A program made the position numbers and the translations under genes. From Chiloscyllium plagiosum (lineage: Eukaryota): 64,000 bases of DNA. A model generated the notes under the pieces. It was not told the DNA's origin. It did not search any database and was given only the letters and a program-made list of their open reading frames with translations. This document shows positions 49,926 through 62,065 of the stretch, in pieces (the first letter of the stretch is position 1; each line of letters starts with the position of its first letter). The stretch covers positions 43,711,685 through 43,775,684 of the forward strand of contig NC_057719.1 in assembly GCF_004010195.1 (NCBI RefSeq), written 5' to 3'.

Positions 49926-50454
49926 TTTTGTTTACTGTTATTTTTGAAACTAACTACAAATCAAAAAGAGATCTGATACAGAGTGCGTCAGAGAAAATGC
50001 AATTGACTCAAAGCAAAACAATGAGGTCACAAACATCCTGATATGCAAGCGAAGTTTATCCAGATGAGGGCAGGAAGAATGCAAATTTTTTTTTAAAAAA
50101 GAGAATTTATATTGTTCAAAATGTGCCCATTCCTATTTAACATAGAATAGCATAATATCTTTGCCTGAAATTTCTTTAAGCAAAATGAAGACCATAAGAA
50201 TCAGTCAGAGTGAGCCATTGGGCCTGTCAAGCTTACCCTGCCATTCAAATCTTGTGCCCAGGCTCCAACTCTTTTGTTCCAGCTTAGCACAGATGCCAAA
50301 CTCCTAAAATTTCAAAATAAATCTACTTCCTCTTTAAATACTTCCCAGTGATCCAGCTTCCTCTGGCCTAGAGCATTGCAGATATTTGCTACCAACAAAG
50401 GGATACAAAATTGGCTTGAAGGCATGAGACAGAAGGCGGTGATAGAGGGTAGCT

Positions 50455-50540
50455 GAAAATGTGTTGCTGGAAAAGCGCAGCAGGTCAGGCAGCATCCAGG
50501 GAACAGGAGAATTGACGTTTCGGGCATAAGTCCTTCTTCT
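50455..50540 (-). mobile_element. Mini Penelope-like terminal-repeat insertion
   Basis: TSD ggtga(t/a)agagggtagct at 50438-50454 and 50541-50557. Confidence 0.88.
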
Positions 50541-51057
50541 GGTGAAAGAGGGTAGCTTTTCAGACCAGAGGCCTGTGACCAGAGATGTGCTGCAAGGATT
50601 GGGGCTGGGTCCATTACATTGTCTTTTATATAAATGATTTGGATGCGAATCTGAGATGTATATTCAATAAGTTTGAAGAGGAGACCAAAATTGGTGGTGT
50701 CATGGACAGCAAAGAAGGTTACCTTAGAATACCTTAGGATCTTGATCAGATGGGCCAATGGACCGAGGAGTGGCAGATGGAGTTTCAATTTAGACAAACG
50801 TGGGGGCGTTGCATTTTGGAAAGGCAAATCAGGGCAGGACTTATACACTTAATGTTAAGGTCCTCGGGAGACCTTGAAGTGTACGTTCATCATTCCTTGA
50901 AAGTAGTCTTAGGTGAAGAAGGCATTTACATGCTTGTCTTCATCGGTCAGTCCACTGAGTTAGGAGTTGGGATATCAAGTTACAGCTGTACAAGTCACTG
51001 GTGATTCCATTAGACTACTCCATAAATTCTGTTGGCTCTTCTATAGGAAGGATGTTG

Positions 51058-51165
51058 AAAGTGTGGTGCTGGAAAAGCTCAACAGGTCAGGCAGCATCCG
51101 AGTAGGAGAGTCAACGTTTCAGGCAAAAGCCCTTCAGCTCCAGCATCTGTAGTCCTCACTTTCAC
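51058..51165. mobile_element. Mini Penelope-like insertion: inverted arm plus short forward 3' tail
   Basis: Perfect 17 bp TSD ctataggaaggatgttg at 51041-51057 and 51166-51182. Confidence 0.9.
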
Positions 51166-51554
51166 CTATAGGAAGGATGTTGTCAAACTCGAGAAGTTGC
51201 AGAAAGATTTACAAGGACAATGCTGGGATTGGGGTACTTGAGTTTTCAGAAGAGATTGATTAGGCTTTTTTTTCCCCGGAATGTAAGAGGCTGAGGCATG
51301 ACCTTATAGAGAATTATAAAATTTGGCCTTTTTCCTAAAGTAGGAGAGTCCAAAACGAGAAGACATAAGTTTATGCTGAGGGGAGAAAGGTTTTAAATAA
51401 AAAAGGTCCTGAGGGGTAATTTTTTTTAATGCAATGGTTGGTGCACATTTCGAACGAGCTGCCAGAGGAAGTGGTGGAGTCGAGTACAACCACAACATTT
51501 AAAGGGATCTGGATGGGGATGAGTAGGAAGGATTTAGAGGGACCAAATGACAGG

Positions 51555-54500
51555 AATTCCCGTTGTCTCTTTCACCATGTACATTTTCGTTGCTTTCCAT
51601 TTCACTACGGCTGAACAAACAAGAAGTTTGCCAAAACTCACTTTCACAGTCATGTTTTCTTTCTCAGTGACTGCTGACAACTCAGACTTACCTGACATGA
51701 ATTTCAACTCACCATGTTTCATCCTTCATGTTTTGAATTCACCCAGGATTACAAGAGTCTCCAACACATACAATATTCTTCAGACTGCTTCTCCCATCAC
51801 ATCCTGCAATGATCAACACCATGCACACACTCCATTCCACTCTGCAGCAACATCACTCCCACTTTCTCAAAGATGTGCCACTCCCCAGTTTCACTTCAAC
51901 CTTTGTCTCATCCATCACTTCAACAAAAGACTTAGTTTGTTTCTTTCGAACATCAAGGCGTGCAAGCTCCAGCAATTTATGGACTCCCAACATGCATCCT
52001 GCACCGCCCTTCCCTTTTAGCTTTCAGACCTAATCTCGTCCCATCACTCAGAGCTAACCTCTTATTGTGCCTTTGCACCCACCTGTTTCCAGCTCTCAGA
52101 TGTCATCACTTTCTGTCCCCCTGATGTCACTTTCCCCAACCCCAGACCTTGCTGTGTTTTCACCTTACCTCTTCACCTTTCACTCTCAGAGGCTGAATGT
52201 ACTGCCTCAAGGACTCAGGTTCATACCCATACGGTCCCACCTTAATGAATTTTGGGCTGTTGAACTGTTTTTTCGCCACCACATTCTTCACGCTCACTAC
52301 TTCAGCCAGGAATCCTCCCATACCCACTCCATTGATCCCTTCACCTGCCTCCAGTATTCACCCTCCATTTGGGCCCTTTCCCCTGGCCTCTAATCTGCCC
52401 TCAATCTCTTCATTGAAAACTACCGACGTGACACCTGGCTGTCTCAATTTCTCTGCTTCTGTCACCCACTCTAACTTGTCCCCTTATGAAATTGCCGTAC
52501 TTTGCTCTCTGAGGTCCAACTCTAACTTTCTTATCAAACCTGCCAACAAAGATGCCATCGTAATCTGGTGTATGGATTTTTATCTTGCTGAGGCTCAATG
52601 CCAACTCTCGGACACTAATTCTTACCCCCTCCCCAGAACCATGACCCCACACCCAAACATCAAGATGCTGTTGCCAGGACTGTTACCGATCTCATTAGCT
52701 CCAGAGATCGTACCCCCCACTGCCTCCAACCTTCTAGTCTCCCAACCCCAGACAGTCTGCTTCTATCTCATTCCAAAAATCCATTAACCAAACTGCACCA
52801 TCATATCAGCCTGTTCCTACCTCACTGAGCTAATTTCCTCTTACTTTGATTCTTTCCTCGCTCCACTTGTTCAGAGTCTGCCAAACTACATTTGCAATTC
52901 CTCTGATGCCCTCCACCATATTGACAATTTCCAGTTCCCTGACCCTAACTGCCCCCTTGCTCACCATGGATGTCTAATCCCTCTATACCTCCATTTCGCA
53001 TCAAGATAGTCTGAGAGCTCGCAGAGTGGCCTAAACACTCCCCATCCATCACCACACTACTTGACCTAGCTGAACTCTGTCTCTTATGAACAATTTCTCC
53101 TTTAATTCATCTCATTCCCGACATTTTAAAGAACTGGCTATGGGCACCCGCATGGGTCCCAGTTATGCCTGCCTCTTCATGGGGTATGTGGAACAATCCT
53201 TGTTTCAGTCCTACACTAGCCACCTCCCACAATTCTTTTTTCAGTACATCAACCACTGCTTCAGTACCATTTCATGCTCCCAACAGGACCTTGAAATATT
53301 TGTTCATTTTGTCTCCAATTTCCGTCCCTCTATTACTTTCACATCATCCATTTCTGACACTTCCCTTCCTTTCCTTGGCCTCTCTATCTCCATTTTGGGG
53401 AATAAACTGTCCACTACTACTCACTACAAAGCCACTGACTCCCATTGCTATCGTCACACAGCTCTTCACCCCATGTCCCACAAGGATTCAATTCCATTCT
53501 CCCTTTGCCAACATTGTATCTGTTCGGATGATGCCACTTTCCAAAACAGTGCTTCTGACACTGCTTGTTTATTCCATAACTGTGGCTTCCTGGGCACTCA
53601 ACAGCATCAGAGTTACCACCCTTGTTTCCGCCCTTGCCCCTTCCCGTCACTCTAGCATGATCGGGACCCCTTGTCCTCACGTTTCATCCCAGACTCCACA
53701 TTCAACAGATCATTCTCCGCCATTTCAGACAACTCCAGCTGAATGCCACCAAAAAAAAAAAACAAACACACCTTCCCCTCACTCCCCGTCTGCATTTCAC
53801 AGGGATTGTCCCTTCCGAGACACCATAGTCCATTCACCAACCATTAACACCACCCCCCCCTTCCAACAGCACCTTCCCATGTAACCACAGAAGGTGCAAC
53901 ACCTGCCCCTTCACTTCCTCCCTGCTCACCATCCAAAGTGAAACAGCATTTCATCCGTATCTTCTCCAATCTTGCGTATTGTATTCGCTGCACTCAACGT
54001 GGCCTACTCTACATTGGAGAAATCAAATGCAGACTGGTTGACCACTTTGCGGAATAATTCCAGTCTGTGCACAAGCACAACCCTGACCTTCCCATAGCCA
54101 GTCATTTTAACATAGTGTCCTGCTCATGTGTCCACTTGCCTGTCATCTAGATACTGCTGTGCTCCAGTGAATCACAGTGCAAACTCAAGGAACATAATCT
54201 CATCTTCAGACTAGGCACTTTACAGCCTTCTTGACTTAATATTGAATTTAAAACCTTCAAACTGTGAACCAACCGCCATTCCTTCCCTTTCTTTTAGCTT
54301 TATTTGTTACATTCTCTGTCACCACATCCTCTCTCTCTTTCCAACCTCAAACAGACTGCTCGTTCTTTCAAGTCTGGCAGTTAGACACGCCATAGTTCTG
54401 CCATTCTCACATTCCGATCACCCTTTTTCCCCCACAACACTCTAGATTCCACCTCTCCACATTCAACTATAGTATGAATGCTATTCCCTCCACATTTCAC

Positions 54501-54597
54501 TTCAAATCTAGATCACACTTGAGAGCGGAAATGTTAGCTTGTTCTCTCTCCACGGATGCTACCTGACCTATTGTGATCTTCAGCATTTGTTGTTTTC
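51555..54597 (+). mobile_element. Near full-length Penelope-like element (Neptune-like: RT, Cys-rich linker, GIY-YIG), decayed
   Basis: IKPANK; FYLIPKIH; LAMGTRMGPSYACLFMGYVE; PCNHRRCNTC; LAYCIRCTQRGLLYIGEIKCRL; decayed terminal repeat at about 54500-54597. Confidence 0.92.
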
Positions 54598-54807
54598 AGG
54601 TCAAATTGGGATGTCTGGTCAGTGCAGATGACGAGAATCGAAGGGTCTGTTTCTGTGCTGTATGACTATCACTCGGAGAAGAAATTCCTCATGTGTTTTA
54701 AATAAGTGTCCCCTTATTTCATAATTGTGTTCCCTATTTCAAGACTGCCCAAAAGTGGAAATATTTTCTCAAAGTTTATCCAGTCAAGCTCCTTCAAAAC
54801 TTCGCAT

Positions 54808-54948
54808 TTCTGAGGAACGGTCACTGAAATTGAAACAGTGACTCCACTTCCTCTTCACAGATGCTGCCAGACCTGTTGAGTTTATCCAGATATTTGTTTT
54901 TGTTTTTGTTTTTGTTTCAGACTTGTAGCATCCACAGTTCTTTGGTTT
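54808..54948 (+). mobile_element. Older solo PLE terminal repeat
   Basis: tctgaggaacggtcac...gaaacagtgactc...cagatgctgccagacctg...agcatccacagttc; similar to 5770-5900. Confidence 0.7.
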
Positions 54949-57900
54949 CCATTTCCCCTTGTATATTTCACTAAGGTCACCCTTCACTCTTTTAATCTGT
55001 TTAGCCATACTTGACATGCCACTCAGGAATCAGCCTTATAAATAGCTTCAACGCTAGTATATCCTTTTTATATAGGGAGACCAAAATTATAATCAAGGTG
55101 TAGTCTCATCAACACCCTGTACAGTTGTAACAAGATTTCCTGGTTTTTAAGCACGAACTCCCAAAACGAGAAAGGCCGGAATTCCATTTGCCTTAAGTAC
55201 TGCTGCACTTGCATGCTACTTTTTTGTGTTTCATTCACAAGAATACCTAGATCCCTTTATGTAGCACGTTATCAGACTTATTCTCTATTTAAATAGAGAA
55301 TATGATTCTTCCTACCAAATTGCAAGACCTCTCAACATTCCTATATTAAACTCCATCTACCAAGCCTTTGCCCACTTACTGAACCTTTATTTTCCCCTTG
55401 AAGATTCCTTATGTCCTCATCACAGCATGCTCCGCCCACCTATTATTCTATCACTAGCAAATTTGAATACATTACACTCCGCCAATTGAGTAATCAACAC
55501 ATAGTAAATAATTGAAGCACTTCCAGCACTCAACTAGCGACATCTTTCCAACATAAGAACCATTAATCCCGACTCTCTACTTTGTCAAAAAATATTTGCA
55601 ATACAGGATAATGCTACCCCCAAAACAATGAGCTCCTACCTTATGCATAACCTTTTATAGCACCTTATAGAAATGCCTTCTGAAAATCCAAATAAATGAC
55701 ATCTACTGGTTCCCCATTATCCCCATAATTCTGCTTACTCAAAGAAATCCAGCAAATTTGTCAAACATTACTTCCCTTTCACAAAATCATATTGACTCTA
55801 CTTGTCCGCTTTAAGCTTTTCTAAATGTCCTGTTTCTTCCTTAACATTGGACTCAAGCATTTTCCCAACAACAAATGGAAGCCTAACTTGCCTAAAGTTT
55901 CCTGCTTTGTTCCTCCCTCCTTTCTTGAATGGGGAAATCACATTTGCAGTTTTCTAAACCCCTCAGAATCCAGCAAGTGTGGAATATTTCAACTAATGCC
56001 TCTGTGAAAACTTTGGGATGCAGGCCATCAGGCCTTCACAATTTATCTACGTTGAATCTCATCAGTTTGCCAATTATTTTGTCCCTCATGATAGAAACTG
56101 TTACAAGATCTTCCCTCCCATTAGCGCCTTGCTTATCTGTTATCTTTGGAACACTTAGGAAATATTGGTTTAAATCATCTGTCATCAATTCCCCAGCTAT
56201 ATGCTCCATGGGGCTGACACTTCAACTACTTTCTTTTTATACATCCATATATATGCAAAGGGTTTCAGTATAGAAACCATATTGAAAAAGACAAAATAAT
56301 GTTACAATGGAGACTTAAAATAGTTCCAAAACTTAACCTCCAAGTTAAATGAAAGAGACCATGCAACCTATGAAATCTGCTTGACATCAAACCTGTTAGG
56401 AGATTCAAGGGGGCCTAATTTATTTTACACATGGACATTACAAAAGTAGATTGTGTGGCATTAGTCAGTAAGCTAAAAGTCTCCAAGTTTCTAAAAAGAT
56501 GTTGAGAATGTTGAATTGTAAACAGATGCTTAAACTGTCCATTTCCAAGAATAGCTCATCAGTATTTCCGATTGCATACAAAGCCTGTACAATTCAGTAA
56601 GGCTAGAAACCAGTCTGTACTCGAAAGCCTGAAACTCGGAGACAAAATTAGTTTGCTAAGGTCTAGAAGAGAAAGAACAGCAAGAGGCAAGCGAGTTTGT
56701 GGTCCATGACATAGGAATGTGTGTGTGTAGAAGCCTAGGCTCAGAATAGAAAGACCTAATTTGTAAGGAGTAAAAATGACACTGGAAGATTTGGTTAGTT
56801 TTAGCCAGAAGGAGAAGACATCATTAAAACTCATTGTGAAAAACAGTTCTGTAGTTAAAGGTACCAGCTTGGGATAGGAAAAGAACATCTAAGCATTCAT
56901 ATCTGATAAGAATCATTTTGGACTAATTCCAGGAGAATTGAATGCCTTCTTAAAGGCATAAGAATATCTGTGAAGTGTGTTTTCAGTTGTACAAAAAAAG
57001 TGGAATGTTCTATTTTGATTTAAAGTAAAAGTTACCTACAATAAAAAAAGTCATCAGCAACATTGCTTTAGGCTTTTGAGATAGCTTTGGGAAATTGAAA
57101 ACGTTAAATTTTGACCTATCATCTTGGTTATTAACGGGAAGTTTAAATTTCTCTAAAACAGTAATTAGTCTTTAAGGAGGAGATCATAACACTGATTTGA
57201 CCTTTTTTTTCAAATTACACATTTTGCATATTAAAAGCAAAGTTGAAATTTAAACCTTATCAATGAAAGTGAACTACTTCCAAACTTTAAAAGAAAAAAG
57301 ATCAAGGAAATATCAACAATCTAGTGTTAGAAGACAGCTACAGAGAGCAAAGTAAACCACATTGCTTTGCCTTTCAGCAAAGGGATGCGATCAATCCACC
57401 ACATCTCCTTGACCACAAGAGAAAGAGCAGCTATTTGCTGCATCTTTTCTCAAGCGAGAAAGCTTCAAATAGGCTACAAAGGCAAAACTTTAATATTTAA
57501 ATTCAAAATTAGTATAATCATCACTGTAGAAAAAAAGATAGAAACCTAAAAGCAGTTTCCCCTACAATTCCTTTTAAATGAATTGCAATTGTTTGTATAT
57601 GAAGGCTAAAGTAATAACATGTAGATGCCTTTACACTGGAAAAAAATGATTGCTTAACAGACATAGCAGAAGGTAAGGGTGCAATTCATCACCACATTGA
57701 GCTACCAGATGGAATTGACAAACATTTCAGTAATACTCAGACTAGCAGAAAAGTTTAAAGAACGAAACAAAATTCAGTAATTGCAGACTGACAGAAATTA
57801 AAGTAGTGGACAGTTAAAATTCAGTCAACAATTTAAACCATCAGACACAGCTATCTTTACATGACCTGAACTTTCTTTAGGGGAGTGAGGGCGAAGGTGA

Positions 57901-58802
57901 ATAGCTGTTACCGTTTAATTTGTGTTGGTCTCACACACCACCTATAGTCTTGTTTCAGAATGTGAACAAACTTAACTAAATAACAGTAAAAAGGTTTGCT
58001 ATAAAGTTCTTACCACTGTCTTCTGCTAGAAAACAAAACATCCTGATCATTGAGAATGACCTACTAATGTTTCCTTCATGATTCTCATGAGACACTTTCA
58101 GAGTACAATTCAATCATGAGTTCAATATTACTAGTTACAACCCAGTCATTGCTTCAACCAATTGTAAACACTTGAATTATGCTGCAAATGTTAATAAGAA
58201 TGAGTGATACATAGCTTTATTCAATACAATTTACAAAATTGCTCTTACCATCCTGTGGGGAAACTACAGCTGTAAATGACCTTGAATGTTTAAATGTCAG
58301 AACATGCCAAACTGACCAGTTCAACTAAAACTTGAATTTATGTTAATTTTAGATATCATGCAATTGAAATCCAACACTATTGCAGACATTGAAAGCTTTT
58401 ATAAAAGGGAAGTAGCTACAGCACAAAATCCACATTTTAGAAAATTAAGGAAACAACAATAGTGAAGTAGACAAAGTAACACAAGTGTAAAGTTACTCTA
58501 CCAATTCTAGATTGCCTGAAAAAAGGTCATATTTCTGAAATCAAGAAACCATACAGATGTGGTCATGTCTGGTCTCTTAGCAACATTTTTCAGAGGTTTA
58601 TATTTCCTTACTGAAGAATTCAGACCTGAGCAGCATTTCCTCCCAGCAGAAATGCTGCACCCTGCCAAAAAATCATTTCATGATAATCGTATTAGAACCT
58701 ATACAATGGACAAATAAAAAAGGGATGATTTCTGCATTCTTTCCCTTTTACGAAAAGGGCAAAGAATGTACAAAACATAACCTACTTGCATTGCAATATA
58801 CT

Positions 58803-58945
58803 GAAACAAAGAACTGTGGATGCTGGAGATCTGAAACAAAAATGGAAATCGCTAGAGAAATTCAGCAAGTCTGGAGGAATTTGTGGGAAGAAACAGTTAA
58901 CACTGAGTCCAACGACTCTTGGTCAGAACAGTTCTGATGAAGACT
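58803..58945 (-). mobile_element. Older solo PLE terminal repeat with short fold-back
   Basis: gaactgtggatgctggagatctgaaac...; tcagaac-a-gttctgatga inverted junction. Confidence 0.65.
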
Positions 58946-59151
58946 TCGTGCCATAGTGCCTTTTTTATATTACCATGTACATTATTTGTATAAAAACAAT
59001 CAAATGGTCTCTTCAATGCCTCAGTTGAACCTCACTCCATTATACATCTAGGCATTGCATTCCAATCCCAAACTACTGTGTGAAAAGAGCCTGTTTTTGT
59101 CTCACATTGCTTCTTTGGCACATTTCTGTGTACTCTTGTTTACAATCCATT

Positions 59152-59277
59152 CCTGAAGAAGGGCTAATGCCCGAAACGTCGATTCTCCTGTTCCCTAGAT
59201 GCTGCCTGACCTGCTGCGCTTTTCCAGCAACACATTTCCATCTCTGATCTCCAGCAACTGCAGACCTCACTTTCTCC
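59152..59277 (+). mobile_element. Mini Penelope-like terminal-repeat insertion with intact hammerhead core
   Basis: TSD tacaatccatt at 59141-59151 and 59278-59288. c-CTGAAGA-a-gggc-taat-gccc-GAAAC-GTC-ga at 59152-59182. Confidence 0.9.
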
Positions 59278-59364
59278 TACAATCCATTTATGACTGGGGA
59301 GAGTTTTGCCTATTCATTCTGTCCAGACCCATTAGGATTTTGAAACCATCTATCAAATTATCAT

Positions 59365-59640
59365 AGGGGAGGTGGTGGCATACTGGTAATGTCACTGGGC
59401 TAGTAATCAAAAACACAGGCAATATACTGAAGTACTTTGGCAGATAGTGAAAACTGAATTCAGCTAAGTCTGGAAGAGAACCCGAGCCTAATTACAACCA
59501 CTTGATTGTTGTAGGACAGGAAATCTGTCATTCTCACCTGGTCTGGCCTATATAGGACTCCAGTCCTGAGTATTTAGGGTTGGACAATAAATGCCAGCCG
59601 AGCCAGCAACACTCCACATCCCATTAGCAAATAATAAAAC
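59365..59640 (+). mobile_element. tRNA-derived SINE (second family)
   Basis: ggggaggtggtggcatactggtaatgtcactgg head; homologous to 24835-25150. Confidence 0.7.
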
Positions 59641-60024
59641 TTTCCTCTTAGCTTTCTCCTCTCCAAGGACAATACTCCCAAATTCTCCAATCTATGTTCA
59701 GTTTCTCATCCCTGGAACAATTCTTGTAAATTTCTTCCGCACTCTCTCTCCAATTCGTTCGCATCTTTCAATGGAAAGAGTTTATAATGGCATGATCAAC
59801 ACAGGCATGGTGGGCCAAAGGGCCTGTTCCCCTGCTGTACTGTTCTATGTTTTTTTCCTGATGAAGAGATGCCCATATCTGCACTGAATACTCCACTTTA
59901 GGTCTATTTAATGTCCTAATCAAGTTCAGCACAAGTTAATATTTTGAACAACAAATAAAACATACAGCATCCTAGGCTTTATAAACTGCTGTCTACTTGG
60001 CCTGCTATCTTCAATGACTTATAG

Positions 60025-62065
60025 ACCGTAAGATATAGGAGCATAATTAGGTCATTTCGTCCATCTAGTCTGCTCCAACTTTTGATCATGGCTGATATGT
60101 TTCTCAAGTCAAAAAAACATGTGGTGTTAGAAAAGCACAGCAGGTCAGGCAGCATCTGAGGCTGCAAGAGAGTTGATGTTTCAGGCATAAGCCCTTCATC
60201 AGGAATGATGCAGTCCTCAATTTCTCCTAGCACATTCCTGAAGGGCTTATGCCCAAAATATTGACTCTCCTGCTCCTCGGATGCTGCCTGACCTGCTGTG
60301 CTTTTCCAGCACCACACTTTTTGACTCTGACCTCCAGCATCTGCAGTCCTCACTTTCTCCTGATATGTTTCTCAACCCCATTCTCCCACCTTCATAACTC
60401 TTGAACCCTTTGCTAATCAAAAATCTGTCTACTGAATAGATTCAATGACTTGCTTCCACAGCTTTCTGCCCCAATGCATTCTACATTTCACCACTGAAAT
60501 TTCTCTGAAGAAATTTTTCATCTCAGTTCGAAAGAGTCATCGCTTCAATCTGAGGCTGTGCCCTCAGGACATAATCTCCCCTACTCTTGGAAACATCTTC
60601 TCCATGTCCACTCTCCATATTCTTCAAAGTTTCAGTCAGATCCCCTCCCACCTCATCATTCTAAACTCCATCAAGTACAGACCCAGCATTCTCAATCACT
60701 CCTCATATGACAAGATCTTAAATCCCAGGACCATTCTTGTAAGCATCCTCGGAGCCCTTCCACCACCAGCACATTTTTCCTTAAATACTGGGCCCAAACC
60801 TGCTCACAATATTCCAAATATGGCGTGACCATCCTCAGTAGTACATTTCTGCTCCTGTATTCTCTCTCTCAAAATGAATGCTAACATTGCATTTGCCTTC
60901 CGAACCGCCAATTGAATCTGAATGTTAACACTAAGAGAGTGCTGAACTGGGACTCCCAAGTTCCTTTGTGCTTCAATTTCCAAATCCTTTCCCCATTTGG
61001 AAAATAGCGTGTGCCACTATTCTTCCAACCAAATTTTATAACTTCAATTTCCTACATTGTATTTCATCTGTCACTTCGATGTCCACTTTCCTAATCTTTC
61101 CCAAGTCCTTCTGTAGCCTCTTTCTCAATATTAACTGTCTTCCCACCTATTCGTGTCATCTGCAAACTTAGCAACAGTGCCTTCAGTTCCTTCATTCAGA
61201 TGGTTCAGGTATAACGTGAATTGTTGTAGTTCCAACACTGACTGTTGCAGAACTCCATTAGTCATGGCTAACATCCAGAAAAAGACTTCTCTGTCCCTAT
61301 TCTCTGCCTTCTGCCAATCAGCCAATTTTCTAATCATGCCACTATCCTTCCAACTCCATGGTCTCTGATCTTGTTTAGAATCCTCCTGTGCAGCGTCTGG
61401 TCAAAGATCTTCTGCAAATCCAAATAGATCACATCCACTGGCTCTCCTTTGTCTAACTTGCTCATTAGCTCCTCAAAGACTTTTAACATATTTCATAAGC
61501 ATGATCTCCCTCGACAATATGGTGTTGAATCAACCCTATTGTACAATGCACTTTCAAATATTCCGCAATCTCATCCTTAATGATGGACTCAGGCTAGCCG
61601 ACCTATAGTTTCCTGTCTTTTGCCTCCTGGGTTCTTTATCAGGGTTGTTACATTTGCAATTTTTCAGTTGGCTGTGACTCTCCCTAATTCTAGTGATTCC
61701 TGAAAAATCATCAATATTTCTACAATCTCTTCAGCTATATCCTTTAGAACTATAGGTTGTAGTGCATCTGGTCTGGTGATCTATCCAGCTTAAGACCTTT
61801 CAGCTTTCTCAGTTCCTTCTCCTTACTGATGGTCACTACATTTACTCTCTTGAAGTTCTTGTGTACTTCTGGTGCCTTCCACTATGAAAACTGATGCAAA
61901 ATACCAATTCAATTCTTCTGCCATTTCTTTGTTCCTCATTACTAATCCTCCAGCCTCATTTTCCATTGGTCTGAAGTTCTCTCTTCCATGCACCTTTTAA
62001 AAATTCTACCAATTGTCTTTCATAATACTAACTACCTTACCCTCATATTTCATCTTCTGCCCCCT
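60025..62065 (-). mobile_element. CR1 LINE inserted in an older CR1 (about 59000-63950, minus)
   Basis: Tail gaccgtaagatataggagc; TVAKFADDT, NGVLQQSVLE. Older CR1 sequence flanks it on both sides. Confidence 0.82.
60108..60359. mobile_element. Mini Penelope-like insertion: inverted arm, tail-to-head junction and full forward repeat
   Basis: Perfect TSD ctgatatgtttctcaa at 60092-60107 and 60360-60375. Confidence 0.9.

Larger units (their letters stand above)
50398..54670 (+). mobile_element. CR1 3' portion carrying three Penelope-like insertions
   Basis: WIQNWL...MGQWTEEWQMEF...NELPEEVVE. The 3' UTR is split at about 51550/54598. Confidence 0.85.
50190..56250 (-). mobile_element. Old CR1 LINE present as about 50190-50397 and 54675-56250, split by later insertions
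   Basis: Tail gaccataagaa at about 50190. Sequence resumes gagaagaaattcctc at about 54676, followed by degenerate RT motifs (tcactagcaaat, gccttctgaaaatcc, ggccatcagg). Confidence 0.65.

Noticed and set aside
6689..60359. Dispersed near-identical short repeats as a CRISPR-like array
   Set aside because: Eukaryotic context, irregular spacing of many kb and individual TSDs; these are retroposed insertions.
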